From contig CAWAUV010000008.1 in assembly GCA_963785305.1 (NCBI GenBank), forward strand, positions 1,472,001 to 1,536,000: DNA of 64,000 nucleotides. The letters run 5' to 3'. Positions 10,194 to 20,499 of this stretch are shown piece after piece. The notes under the pieces are model-generated. The model saw only the letters and a program-made list of their open reading frames with translations, did not search any database and had not been told where the DNA came from. This stretch comes from an uncultured Planctomycetaceae bacterium (GTDB lineage: Bacteria > Planctomycetota > Planctomycetia > Pirellulales > PALSA-1355). Position numbers and translations under genes: made by a program. The first letter of the stretch is position 1, and every line of letters begins with the position of its first letter.

Positions 10194-13100
10194 TCAGTTG
10201 ACAATCGAGCCGCTCGACGCGTTTAGCACTCCGGTCGGGCCGGTCTTGCCGTTGGTTCCCGGCGCACTCAAGAACCAGTCGAGTTCGCTGCTCGCGCCGA
10301 AGAGTTGGTCGGCCACCGAGCTGAGGTTCAAGGTCGAGGAATTGATCGCCACGCTGTCGGCGCCGCTTTCGAGGGCCGCGACGCGTTGGCTCAGCGACAC
10401 GCCGGGCGAGCTCCACTCTTGCAGAATCGACTCGAGCGCCGCTTCGAGATGGTCGTAGATCAGCGTGCCGCCGATCATCAACGAACTGCTATTGGCCGCG
10501 GCCGACAGACGCGAGGCGCCGGTTCCCGCGATCTCGACATTGTAGCCCGACCCGCCGGTGAGCACATCACGGCCACTACCGCCGACGAGCATGTTCGGGC
10601 CACTGCCGCCGGTAAGCGAATCGTTGCCGCTGCCGGCATAGAGAAACGCGGGCAGCGTGATGGCGGAATTCACCGAGAGCGAGTCGTTGCCGACGCCGGA
10701 GTACATGACGATGCGGCCGGTGGGATGAAAGGTTCCCAGGCTCTTGCCGTTGAAGAGCACGCTCACCGCGCCGCCCGAGGCTGGGTTCACCACGATCGAA
10801 TCGCTACTGGCGTAGGAAGTTCCGCAAATCAGGTCGGTCAGGGCCGTGTTGAACGGATCGGGGGCCATGACCACGCCGGCGTTGACGACCGCCACCGAGC
10901 TCGTCGCGGAGTTGTTGGCGGGCGCCGGGTCGTAAGTCGGGCTGCTCACCACGGCGGTCGTGGGCAAGACGACTCCGTTCGCCGTGTCGGCGTTGACGAG
11001 CGTGGTGATTTGAAACGTGGCCGTTTGGCCAGCCGCCAAGGCGCCGCCCACGTCGGCCACTTGGGTCGAGGTCATGCTGAGCGTAAACGCCGGACCGCCG
11101 ATTTGTTGCTGAAACACGGTGGTCAGCGGCTCATTGACCAGCGACAGGCCCAGGGTGACATTCTCGGCCGGCGAGGGGCCATTGTTGGTGACCACGACCG
11201 TGTACAAGATCGAAGTTCCGGCCAGCAACGACGAGGTCGACGCCGCGATCGAGACCGCCAAGTCGGCGCCGGTCGACACGGTGAGCGTGAAGGTCTGGGT
11301 CACCGCGGCGCCCACGCCATTGTTGGCCGAGACCGTGATCGTGTACACGCCCACGGCCGAGGCGCTGGGCGTGCCCGCGAACGTCGCCGTGCCGTTGCCG
11401 TTGTCGACGAAGGTGACTCCGGCGGGCAGCGCGCCGGTTTCGGCGAGCGTGGCGCCGGGGTAGTCGTGGGCCGTGGTCACGGTGAAGCTGTTCGCGGCGT
11501 CGGTGTAGAACGAGGCGCTGGCGACGCTGGTGATCGTGGGCGCTTCGTTCACGGTGAGCGTGAACGATTGCGTGGCGTTGGGCGAGATGCCGTTGGCGGC
11601 GGTGATCGAGAAGGCATACACGCCGCCATCGCCGGCGGCGGGCGCGCCGGCGAGCGTGGCGGTTCCGTTGCCATTGTCCACGAACGTCACTCCGGCCGGC
11701 AGCGCGCCGGTCTCGGTGAGCGTGGTCGCGGTCGGGTAGTCGGCGCCGGTGGTCACGGTGAACGAGCCATGGGCGCCGACCAGCATCGTGTCGCTCGCGG
11801 CGCTGGTGATCGAGGGCGCGGCGTTCACGGTGACCACGAGCGTTTGCGTGGCGACGGGCGACACGCCGTTGGAAACCGTGATCGCCAGCGAATACGAGCC
11901 GCCCGCCGTGGGCGTGCCGGCGAGCGAGGCGGTTCCATTGCCGTTGTCGACGAATGTCATGCCGGCCGGGAGCGTGCCCACTTCGCTAATCGATGGCGGC
12001 GAGGGGTAGTCGTGGCCGGTGGTCACGGTGAACGAACTGGCGGTGTTCAAAGTGAAAGTGGTCGCGGCGACGCTGGTGATCGAGGGCGCTTCATCGACCG
12101 TGAGCGTGAATGATTGCGTGATGGTGGCGGTGGTGTTCGCGGCCGAAATCGTGATTGCATACGAGCCGCCGGTTCCCGCGGCGGGCGTGCCGGCGAGCGT
12201 CGCGGTTCCGTTGCCGTTGTCGACAAAGGTCACGCCACTGGGCAAGGCGCCGGTTTCGCCAAGCGCTCCGACCGGGTAGCCGACGCCTTCGTCGACCGTG
12301 AATGTGCCCGCCGAACCGGTGGTGAACGTGGTGGAGTTGGCGCTGGTGATCGTGGGCGCTTCGTCGACGGTGAGCGTGAAGCTTTGCGTGGCATTGGGCG
12401 ACACGCCGTTCGCGGCCGTGATCGTGAAGGTATAGACGCCGCCGGTTGCCGCGGCCGGAGTGCCGGCGAGCGTTGCCGTGCCGTTGCCGTTGTCGACGAA
12501 TGTCACGCCCGCGGGCAACGCGCCGCTTTCGCCGAGCGTGGTGGCCGAGGGGTAATCGTGGGCGGTCGTGATCGTGAGCGAACCGGCGGCGCCGGCAGTG
12601 AACGTGTCGCTGGCGGCGCTGGTGATCGTGGGGGCTTCGTCCACGGTGAGCGTGAAACTTTGCGTAACGTGCGAAGTGCTGTTCGTGGCGGTGATGCTCA
12701 GGCTGTAGACCCCGCCGTCTCCGGCAAGGGGCGTGCCGGCGAGCGAAGCGGTTCCGTTGCCATTGTCGACGAATGTCACGCCCGCGGGCAGCGCGCCCGA
12801 CTCGGTGAACGCGGCGGCCGGATAGCCGCGCCCCTCGGACACGGTGAAGGAGCCGGCCGAGCCGACCGTGAAGCTCGTGCTCGCGGCGCTCGAAATCGTC
12901 GGCGCTTCATCGACCCCGAGGAGCACCGTTTCGTTGACCGTGGTCACGCCGTTCGACGCGGCGATCGTGATCGGATAGAGCGCGCCGGTTCCCGCGGCCG
13001 GCGTGCCCGAGAGGGCGCCGGTTCCGTTGCCGTTGTCGACATATGTCACGCCGCTCGGCAATGCGCCCGATTCGGTCATGGTCGTGGGCGACGACATTCC

Positions 13101-16100
13101 GAAGGGCGCGGCGACGGTGAATGTGCCGGATTGGCCGACGGAGAAGGTTGTCGCCTGGTCGACATCGAGCGTGAAGTTTTGCGTGGCGATCGGAGCGACG
13201 CCGTTCGAGGCGGTCAGAGTGAGGGCATAGGCCCCGCTGGTTCCCGTGGCGGCGGTTCCCGAGATCGTGGCGGTTCCGTTGCCGTTGTCGACAAACGTGA
13301 GACCCGTGGGCAGCGTGCCGGTATAGCTCAGTGTCGTGCCGGTCGGATAGTCATGGGCCGTGGTCACGTTGAACGAGCCGCTCGCGCCGAGGTCGAAGAT
13401 CGCGGAACTGGCGCTTGAAATGGTGGCGGCTTCATCGACGGTGAGCGTGAAGCTTTGCGTGGCGGCCGGGGCCGTGCCGTTCGCGGCCGTGATCGTGAAG
13501 GCGTACACGCCGCCCGAGCCGACGGCCGGCGTGCCGGCGAGCGTGGCCGTGCCGTTGCCGTTGTCGACGAACGTCACCCCGGCCGGCAGCGCGCCGGTTT
13601 CACCGAGAGTGGTGGTGGTCGGATAATCGTGGGCCGTGGTCACGGTGAACGAGCCCACCGAGCCGACGGTCATCGTCTGGCTGGCGCCGCTGGTGATCGT
13701 GGGCGCTTCGTTCACGGTGAGGGTGAAGGATTGCGTGGCGTTGGGCGCGGCGCCATTGGCGGCGGTAATGGTAAAGGTATACACGCCGCCGTCGCCCGTC
13801 GCCGGCGTGCCGGAGAGCGTGGCGGCGCCATTGCCGTCGTCGACGAACGTGACGCCCGTGGGTAGCGCGCCCGATTCGCCGAGCGTCGGATGGCCGCCGA
13901 CATGGGCGACGGTCGTGATGGCGAACGACCCGCTCGAGCCCACGGTAAACGCGTCGCTCGCGGCGCTCGTGACCTGCAAAGCCGGCTGCACGACGAGCGC
14001 GAAGCTCTGGGTGGCATTGGGCCCGACGCCGTTGGCGGCGGTGATCGTGATATCGTAGGTCCCCGATGTTCCGAAAGCGGCCGTTCCGGCGAGCGTGGCC
14101 GTGCCGTTTCCATTGTCGACGAATGTGACGCCGCTCGGCAGCGTGCCCGATTCGCCCAGGGTGGTCGCGGTGGGAAAGTCGGAAGCGGTCGTGATATTGA
14201 ACGAGCCGGCGACGCCTTCGGTCAGTGTGTCGCCGGTGGCCGATGTAATGCTGGGCGGCTGATCCACGTCGAATGTGTAGGTTTGGCTGCCGGTATACGC
14301 GGTGGGCGACGCGGAATCGGTGGCGGTCACGGTGAAGGTGTACGCGCCGTTGGTCGTGGGCATGCCGCTGAGCACGCCGGCGCTCGAGAGCGTGAGCCCG
14401 GGCGGCAGGCTGCCGGTCGCGCTGTAGGTGTAGGGCGCCGTTCCGCCCGAGGCCGAGATCGATTGGCTGTATGTGGTTCCCACTTCGGCGGCGGGCAAGG
14501 TGGGGGTGAGCGTGATCGTGACCACGTTGAGCGTGGCCGCGTTGCTCGTGGCGTAGCCCACGAGATTGCTGAACACGGCGCGGAAGAGCGCGCCGTTGAT
14601 CGTGGAATTCGGGCTCGTGATCGTGAGCGCGCCGGAGTTCACGCCGCTATAGGTCACGCCGCCCGAGGCGCCGTTGACGAGATTCGCATACGAAGCGCCG
14701 CCGTTGGTGCTGACTTGCCACTGCGCGGTGGGGGCGGGCGAGCCGATCGTGGCCGCGGCGGTAAGCGTGAGAGTTTGGCCGGCCAAGGTCACGGCGCTCG
14801 TCGGTTGGGTAGTCACTTGGGGCGCTTGATCGACGGCGATCGCGGCGGACTGCGTGGCGTTTTCGAGCGTGACGGTCGGATAATCGACACCGGTGGTCGA
14901 GCCGGAGAGCAGCGTGGTGGTGGCGACGCCATTGGCGCCGATCGCCACGACCGTGGGCGTGACGGCCGAGCCCGCGAGCCCTCCGGCGCCGAAGGCGACG
15001 GTGACCCCGGTGAGCGCGGTGCCGGCGATGGGCGTGGTTCCGACGCTCGTGCCGGTGACGGAAACGACTTCGGCCGAGAGCGTGGTCGAGGAATTGGTGG
15101 CGATGGCGCTCGACGAGGGCACGAGCATGATTTGCAACCGGCTCGTGACATTGACATTGCCGTTGATTTCCTCGGCCGAGCCGCCGCCGGGGAAATTGTT
15201 GTCGCCCCACCAGTCGTTGGTGCAAGTGATCGTGCCGGTTCCGATCGCGCCGTCTTGGACGACGCCGTTTTTGCCGTCGGAGGCGTAGTTGTCGTAGAAC
15301 ACGCAACCGGTGACCAAGAGATTGCCAGTGGCCATTTCGACGGCGCCGCCGTTCTGCACCGTTTGCTGGACCCGATTGTTGAAGAACGAGCAATCGGTGA
15401 TCGACATCGTGCCGTTGTTGAGAATTTGATCGCACTCAATGGCGCCGCCGCCGACGGTCGCGGCGACATTGCCGGCGAAGTAACAGTTCGACACGATGAA
15501 GTTGCCGGTGCAATTGTTGCCGCTTGAGTCGGTGCCGAGGTCGTCGAAGGCGATCGCGGCGCCGAAGGCGCTCGTGCCGGTGGTGACATTGTTGATAAAC
15601 GAGCTATTGGTCACCGTGAGGCTTCCGCCGGAGTTGAGCACCACGGCGCCGGGACCATTGTTCGAGAGATTGCCCTGGATGATGCAATTGTTGATCGTCG
15701 TGGCCGAGCCGTTGCTGCCGCCGACGAAGATCGCCCCGCCGCCATCGGTGCTGCCCGAGGGCGACTGGCCGCCTTGGATCGTCATGTTGTCGAAATTAAG
15801 CTGCAGGGCGTGCGGCGGCTGGGTGGAATCGAAGACCCGGCTATGACCGGTTTGCAATATCACGACGCTGCTCGCGCTCGCGGCGGCGCCGGTCGAGGTG
15901 ATGCCCTGGATCGTGATGTTCAGGTCGATCGCGTAGGCCGTGTTGCCGAGCACCAGCGCCACTTGCGTGAGGCGATATGTGCCCAGGTCATTGGGCACGT
16001 TGATCACGAACGGACCTTGATTGTTGTCGGCGTATTCGATCGCCGAGCGGAGCGAGATATTGCCGCCGCTATCCTTGGGGCTCACCTCATCGTTGGCGAC

Positions 16101-16250
16101 TTGGGTGTCGGCGGCCGTGTTGACCGTGACCACGGTGGTCATCATCTTGCGATCTTCAAGCGACTCGAAGCCGAGGCCCAGCCGGGCCGATCGTCCCCAG
16201 AGGCCTGAGTTCTTCGCGGTCTTGCGACGGAAATGCACGTGTTGTCCCAT
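10194..16250 (-). CDS. Large secreted/surface protein (~2018 aa): Planctomycete extracellular N-motif, beta-helix (GGAI repeats), Ig domain, He_PIG-type Ig repeats, DUF11-like domain, RTX-like GGxGxD tail
   Basis: LGFESLEDRKMM N-motif; GGGAI/GAAI/GGAV repeats; 11 copies of [FY]VD[ND]GNG; ADL...YTVVVTNNGPSPA; GGSGRDVLTGGSG. Uninterrupted frame. Confidence 0.9.
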   Translation of the reverse strand: MGQHVHFRRKTAKNSGLWGRSARLGLGFESLEDRKMMTTVVTVNTAADTQVANDEVSPKDSGGNISLRSAIEYADNNQGPFVINVPNDLGTYRLTQVALVLGNTAYAIDLNITIQGITSTGAAASASSVVILQTGHSRVFDSTQPPHALQLNFDNMTIQGGQSPSGSTDGGGAIFVGGSNGSATTINNCIIQGNLSNNGPGAVVLNSGGSLTVTNSSFINNVTTGTSAFGAAIAFDDLGTDSSGNNCTGNFIVSNCYFAGNVAATVGGGAIECDQILNNGTMSITDCSFFNNRVQQTVQNGGAVEMATGNLLVTGCVFYDNYASDGKNGVVQDGAIGTGTITCTNDWWGDNNFPGGGSAEEINGNVNVTSRLQIMLVPSSSAIATNSSTTLSAEVVSVTGTSVGTTPIAGTALTGVTVAFGAGGLAGSAVTPTVVAIGANGVATTTLLSGSTTGVDYPTVTLENATQSAAIAVDQAPQVTTQPTSAVTLAGQTLTLTAAATIGSPAPTAQWQVSTNGGASYANLVNGASGGVTYSGVNSGALTITSPNSTINGALFRAVFSNLVGYATSNAATLNVVTITLTPTLPAAEVGTTYSQSISASGGTAPYTYSATGSLPPGLTLSSAGVLSGMPTTNGAYTFTVTATDSASPTAYTGSQTYTFDVDQPPSITSATGDTLTEGVAGSFNITTASDFPTATTLGESGTLPSGVTFVDNGNGTATLAGTAAFGTSGTYDITITAANGVGPNATQSFALVVQPALQVTSAASDAFTVGSSGSFAITTVAHVGGHPTLGESGALPTGVTFVDDGNGAATLSGTPATGDGGVYTFTITAANGAAPNATQSFTLTVNEAPTITSGASQTMTVGSVGSFTVTTAHDYPTTTTLGETGALPAGVTFVDNGNGTATLAGTPAVGSGGVYAFTITAANGTAPAATQSFTLTVDEAATISSASSAIFDLGASGSFNVTTAHDYPTGTTLSYTGTLPTGLTFVDNGNGTATISGTAATGTSGAYALTLTASNGVAPIATQNFTLDVDQATTFSVGQSGTFTVAAPFGMSSPTTMTESGALPSGVTYVDNGNGTGALSGTPAAGTGALYPITIAASNGVTTVNETVLLGVDEAPTISSAASTSFTVGSAGSFTVSEGRGYPAAAFTESGALPAGVTFVDNGNGTASLAGTPLAGDGGVYSLSITATNSTSHVTQSFTLTVDEAPTITSAASDTFTAGAAGSLTITTAHDYPSATTLGESGALPAGVTFVDNGNGTATLAGTPAAATGGVYTFTITAANGVSPNATQSFTLTVDEAPTITSANSTTFTTGSAGTFTVDEGVGYPVGALGETGALPSGVTFVDNGNGTATLAGTPAAGTGGSYAITISAANTTATITQSFTLTVDEAPSITSVAATTFTLNTASSFTVTTGHDYPSPPSISEVGTLPAGMTFVDNGNGTASLAGTPTAGGSYSLAITVSNGVSPVATQTLVVTVNAAPSITSAASDTMLVGAHGSFTVTTGADYPTATTLTETGALPAGVTFVDNGNGTATLAGAPAAGDGGVYAFSITAANGISPNATQSFTLTVNEAPTITSVASASFYTDAANSFTVTTAHDYPGATLAETGALPAGVTFVDNGNGTATFAGTPSASAVGVYTITVSANNGVGAAVTQTFTLTVSTGADLAVSIAASTSSLLAGTSILYTVVVTNNGPSPAENVTLGLSLVNEPLTTVFQQQIGGPAFTLSMTSTQVADVGGALAAGQTATFQITTLVNADTANGVVLPTTAVVSSPTYDPAPANNSATSSVAVVNAGVVMAPDPFNTALTDLICGTSYASSDSIVVNPASGGAVSVLFNGKSLGTFHPTGRIVMYSGVGNDSLSVNSAITLPAFLYAGSGNDSLTGGSGPNMLVGGSGRDVLTGGSGYNVEIAGTGASRLSAAANSSSLMIGGTLIYDHLEAALESILQEWSSPGVSLSQRVAALESGADSVAINSSTLNLSSVADQLFGASSELDWFLSAPGTNGKTGPTGVLNASSGSIVN
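11270..14270 (-). repeat. Intragenic tandem array of 11 Ig-like units of ~90 aa (~270 bp)
   Basis: Recurrent unit: APTITS...F..G..GSFT.TT..YP..T.L.E.GALP.GVTFVDNGNGTATLAGTP....G.Y..TITAANG..P.ATQSFTLTV. Confidence 0.9.
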
Positions 16251-16334
16251 GATGACGGGGCTCCGCGAACGAAACGTGTTGGATGTGTGGGGGCGAATGG
16301 CGATCGCGATCGCGACCGTCACGCCGCGACGGAA

Positions 16335-17457
16335 TTACCAGTTGGCCTGGAAGCCGGCCATCGGCCCGTGGAGGAACAGATCGCCCGAATGCGATTGGCT
16401 GCCGAGCTGTTCGGGAGCGAGCGCCAAACCGCCGACATAGAGGCATTGGTAGCCGCCGCGCAGCTCGAAGTGATCGGTGAAGCGGTACGACAGCGTGGCC
16501 GAAAGGTCGAGCACCGTGGCGGCGCCGACCGAGCGGGAACTAGTGTCGAAGGTATTGAAACCGGCGCCGCCGGGCAGGCTGGCGATTCCGGTGGAATTAC
16601 CATTGGATTGGCGATTTTCGATCAAGTTGAGAAAGATGCCCGCCTTGCCGGTGACATCGAAAGTCAGCCGCCGCCAGTTGAGCTTCACATCGGCGCCGCC
16701 TTGGAGGCCGAACATGTAGTTTCCGGCCTTGGTGGTAAGGTTTTCATTGACGCCGAAATATTGATCGCTGCCCGAGATATTGAGGCCTTCGTTCCACTGA
16801 AAGTAGCGGAGACCCACCAGCGGACTGGCGGTGAAATAGCGATTGCCATAGCGGCGGCGGGCATTGAATTCCAAGTTCTCTAGTTGCGAGGTGTACGAAT
16901 AACCCAGGCTCTGGCCGAAGCCGCCGATCAGTTTATCGGCCTGGGTGAAAGGCGACGTGCCCACGACGCCGGCGAGCGGATTGGCCTCGAGTGTGTTCGA
17001 GACCGACCAGCTCTGGAGGCCGAAATACAGTGTTTCCCACTGCACTCGATCGTCGATCGTTCGCAAGAGCGCGATTCGCGCGCCGGGTTGCATCGTGAAG
17101 GCGACATCATTGACGTTGAGCGTGCCGACCACGGGTCCGCCGACGCCGACCGAGGTCTCGCCTAGAAACGCGGTCGAGCCGGTGTTGCGCGAAAGCGCCA
17201 AGACATCGAGCTGCACGCTCCAGTCGGCCAGCCGCTCGGGTCCCAGAATCACTTCGCCCTCGAGCTCCGGCAGCGGCATGGGAATATTGCCGCCGGCAAT
17301 GGCGGCGGCGGCGGGGTCGACGACGGGAATCGAGGGCGCGGTGAGCTGCGGCCCGGCTTGCGGCGGGATCAGCGAGCCATCGGCGCCGGGGGTGTTTTGC
17401 GCCTTGCGGCGCGCCCCAGGCGAACAGCAGCATCGCGACCACGATGACACGGCGCAT
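16335..17457 (-). CDS. BBP7-like outer-membrane beta-barrel protein; frameshift near 17400
   Basis: Signal peptide MRRVIVVAMLLFAWGA in an adjacent frame; ENLEFN, LVGLRYFQWNE, LRGGYQCLYVGGLALAPEQ; C-terminal LHGPMAGFQANW with aromatic terminus. Confidence 0.8.
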
Positions 17458-18113
17458 AATCGGAGCTTGTCGGAAGAAGAATCGGAAGAAGAAAATGAAA
17501 GAGGCGAACTCGAAATGGCTTCGTCGGAACGCTTCGCGATCGAGACCTTGCGTCCGACGGAAAAATGCGTCTGGCGGCCATGCGCCATGACGGGCATCCA
17601 ATTAACGAAACTACGGACATGGCACAACGGCAGTTGCGCCGCCACCAAGGCTGCTAGCCGAGGACCGAAGCAAGAAATTTGCGGTCGTTGCTTTCGGTGG
17701 CGCCGGGCAGATAGCGGCGATCGCTAGCGAGATTTTCGCGCCGGAGCGAGAGGGATGGTCGCGCGCGGCGAGCCGGTGGTTGGGATCGGCCGCGCGACGT
17801 AATCGCAAGTTCGATCAGCTTTTCCGATCGTCGCGCCGACCGTCCGGCGGCGCCGAGCATGCCGTAAGCTCGATCGCTGGCGCCAGCGGTCGCGTTTGCC
17901 GGCGCGGGGAAGGCGAGGCGGAAACCGCGGCGCGAAAAATTTGCTCCGCCGGCAAAAATAATTCAAGTCGGCCCCCGATATCGCCGACCGCCCCGCCCTA
18001 CTTTGGAAGCGCCAAACGGCGCGTGGGCGTTTGACCCGCGCGCCGTTGGGTTAGCTTTTGGGAAGACGGTGGTTGCCCGATCGATCGAGGATTTTCAAGC
18101 GAGGCGGATTTTC

Positions 18114-18758
18114 ATGGCAGTTGCAAGCATGTCCCGGGGGATGTCTCAAAACCTTCGCCTTGGCGCCGGATGGCTGGCGCTGGCGGTGTTGAGCGGCTGT
18201 GGCGGGTCGGTGAATCGCATCGAGGCGCCGGTGGTCAATCCGGCCGACGCCGGGGCCCAGGCGATGACGGACTACGACACGAACCACGATGGCGTCATTG
18301 CCGGCGCCGAGCTCGACGCCGTGCCCAGCCTCAAGCAGGCGCTGCCCAAGATCGAAGGCGGTCGCGTCACCGCCGATAGCATCGCCGATCGCATCAAAGG
18401 CTGGGGACCCACGGCGCTCATGCAAGTGCAGGCCCGCGTGACGATGGACGGCAAACCGCTTGCCGACGCGGAAGTGAAATTCATTCCCGAAAAATTCGTG
18501 GGACCCAATGTCGCCCCCGCCCAGGGCAAGACCGACGCCACGGGCGTCGCCGTGATCTCGGGACCGGGAATCGAGAAAAACGGCTTCAAATACACCGGCG
18601 TCAACAGCGGGTTCTATCGCATCGAAGTGACCAAGCTCGAGGGCGGCAAGCAGATCGTGCCCGAACGCTACAACACGAAGTCCACGCTGGGCACGGAAGT
18701 CGCCATGGGCAACGACGTGCTGCTGACCGGCGTGCGGCTGGAACTCAAGAGCAAGTGA
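18114..18758 (+). CDS. Planctomycete lipoprotein with EF-hand-like motif and carboxypeptidase-regulatory-like domain
   Basis: Lipobox VLSGC; DTNHDGVIAGAE; VTMDGKPLADAEVKFIP...GKTDATG...YRIEVTK...VPERYN. Confidence 0.8.
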   Translation: MAVASMSRGMSQNLRLGAGWLALAVLSGCGGSVNRIEAPVVNPADAGAQAMTDYDTNHDGVIAGAELDAVPSLKQALPKIEGGRVTADSIADRIKGWGPTALMQVQARVTMDGKPLADAEVKFIPEKFVGPNVAPAQGKTDATGVAVISGPGIEKNGFKYTGVNSGFYRIEVTKLEGGKQIVPERYNTKSTLGTEVAMGNDVLLTGVRLELKSK

Positions 18759-18858
18759 CGCGCTCGGCGATTCGCGACGAACGGAGGCCGCGCGCTCGCG
18801 TGGTTGGCTCGAGGGTTCTTCGGAGGATTCTTCGTCTGCCTGGAAAGGGGCGAGCGCG

Positions 18859-20346
18859 ATGCGATGCTTGTGTCTTGCGTTTTTGGCGATCGCGCTCTCC
18901 CGCGGCGGGCTTTCCCGCGCGATGGCCGACGACGCGCCGCCCCGGCCGAACATCGTTTATATCCTGTGCGATGATCTCGGCTATGGCGATGTGCATGCGT
19001 TGAATCCGAACCGATCGAAGATCGCCACGCCGAATTTCGATCGCCTGGCGGCGGAGAGCATGGTGTTTACCGACTGCCATTCGGGCTCGGCGGTTTGCAC
19101 GCCCACTCGCTATGGAATTCTCACCGGGCGATACAGTTGGCGATCGAGCCTGCAGCAGGGAGTGCTCAACGGCATGAGCGCGCCGCTGATTGCCCGCGAC
19201 CGGCTGACCGTGGCCTCGCTGCTCAAGCGACAGGGCTACGCGACGGCGGCGATCGGCAAATGGCACCTGGGTCTCGAATTCGGCAAGGACCCCTGGACCG
19301 ACCGGATGGGAGACGGCCCGCTCCAGCACGGATTCGACACGTTTTTCGGCATTAGCGCCTCGCTCGATATGCCGCCGTTCGCGTTTATCGAAAACGATCG
19401 TTTCACGCAACCGCCCACGGCGACCAAGAAATGGATGCGTGAAGGGCCGGCGGCGAAGGATTTCGAGGCGGTCGATGTGTTGCCGGAATTGACTCGCCGC
19501 TCGAGGGAATTCATTGCCGCCCATGCCGCGGAGGCGAAGCGTGGGCATCCGTTTTTTCTCTACCTGCCGCTTGCCTCGCCGCACACGCCGCTGGTTCCCT
19601 CGCCCGAATGGCGGGGCAAGAGCCCGCTAGGCGAATATGGCGATTTCGTGATGCAAACCGACGCCTCGGTGGGTGAGGTGCTCGCCGCGCTCGATGCCGC
19701 CGGCGTGGCCGAGAACACGCTCGTGTTCTTCACGAGCGACAACGGCTTCGCGCCCTATGTGAAGGCCGATCAACTTGAAGCCCAGGGGCATTACCCCAGC
19801 GGCGACTTCCGCGGCTATAAGGCCGATATCTGGGAAGGCGGCCACCATATTCCGTTCATGGTGCGCTGGCCGGCGCGAGTCAAGGCCGGCTCGCGCAACG
19901 ACCAGCCCATCTGCCTGACGGACCTGATGGCCACCTGCGTCGCGATCCTCGGCGAAAAGTTGCCCGATTCGGCCGGCGAAGATTCCGTGAGTCTGCTGCC
20001 AGCCTTGTTGCAAAGCGAAAACGCGCCGCCCCGCCCGGCGGTCGTGCATCATTCGGTGAGCGGCCAATTCGCCCTTCGCGAGGGCAACTGGAAACTCGAG
20101 CTTTGCCCCGGCTCGGGCGGTTGGGCGGCCCCCAATGACAAGGCGGCCGTGAAAATGGGACTCCCGCCGGTGCAGCTTTACGACATGAAGCTTGATCCGG
20201 GCGAGCAGCACAATCTGTCGTCGGCCGAGCCCGAGACGGTGGCTCGCCTCACGGCGCTCTTGGAGAAATACGTCGCCGATGGCCGCAGCACTCCCGGCGC
20301 CACCCAGTCGAACGACGCCACGGTGCGGATCGTGAAAAAGCACTGA
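18859..20346 (+). CDS. Arylsulfatase (Cys-type formylglycine sulfatase), secreted
   Basis: PNIVYILCDDLGYGD, CTPTR (CxPxR), GKWHLG, TSDNG, GYKADIWEGGH. Confidence 0.95.
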   Translation: MRCLCLAFLAIALSRGGLSRAMADDAPPRPNIVYILCDDLGYGDVHALNPNRSKIATPNFDRLAAESMVFTDCHSGSAVCTPTRYGILTGRYSWRSSLQQGVLNGMSAPLIARDRLTVASLLKRQGYATAAIGKWHLGLEFGKDPWTDRMGDGPLQHGFDTFFGISASLDMPPFAFIENDRFTQPPTATKKWMREGPAAKDFEAVDVLPELTRRSREFIAAHAAEAKRGHPFFLYLPLASPHTPLVPSPEWRGKSPLGEYGDFVMQTDASVGEVLAALDAAGVAENTLVFFTSDNGFAPYVKADQLEAQGHYPSGDFRGYKADIWEGGHHIPFMVRWPARVKAGSRNDQPICLTDLMATCVAILGEKLPDSAGEDSVSLLPALLQSENAPPRPAVVHHSVSGQFALREGNWKLELCPGSGGWAAPNDKAAVKMGLPPVQLYDMKLDPGEQHNLSSAEPETVARLTALLEKYVADGRSTPGATQSNDATVRIVKKH

Positions 20347-20390
20347 GCGCGAGCGGGACGCGGCATTCGCCGATTGGCGCGGTTTTTCGG

Positions 20391-20455
20391 CAAGGCGCGG
20401 CGCGCAACCGCGAGCGCGCAAAAACCTTGCATTCCCTCGCGCTCTTCGCGCCTTG
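20391..20455. repeat. Short inverted repeat between the convergent sulfatase genes (REP-like or terminator-like)
   Basis: CAAGGCGCG (20391-20399) ... CGCGCCTTG (20447-20455). Confidence 0.35.
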
Positions 20456-20499
20456 GCCTTGGATAACCGAGCCGAGTCGGTCGCCGCGGGGCGTCTCGA

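Noticed and set aside
11270..14270. CRISPR array or DGR template/variable repeats
   Set aside because: The units are ~270-bp in-frame coding repeats varying mainly at synonymous sites. No spacers, cas genes or reverse transcriptase.
10305..15527. Long + strand ORFs (602, 434 and 545 aa) opposite the adhesin
   Set aside because: Antisense shadows of a GC-rich repetitive gene; Arg/Gly-rich with no recognisable motifs. The same applies to 438..2333, 38968..40560 and 52931..54385.
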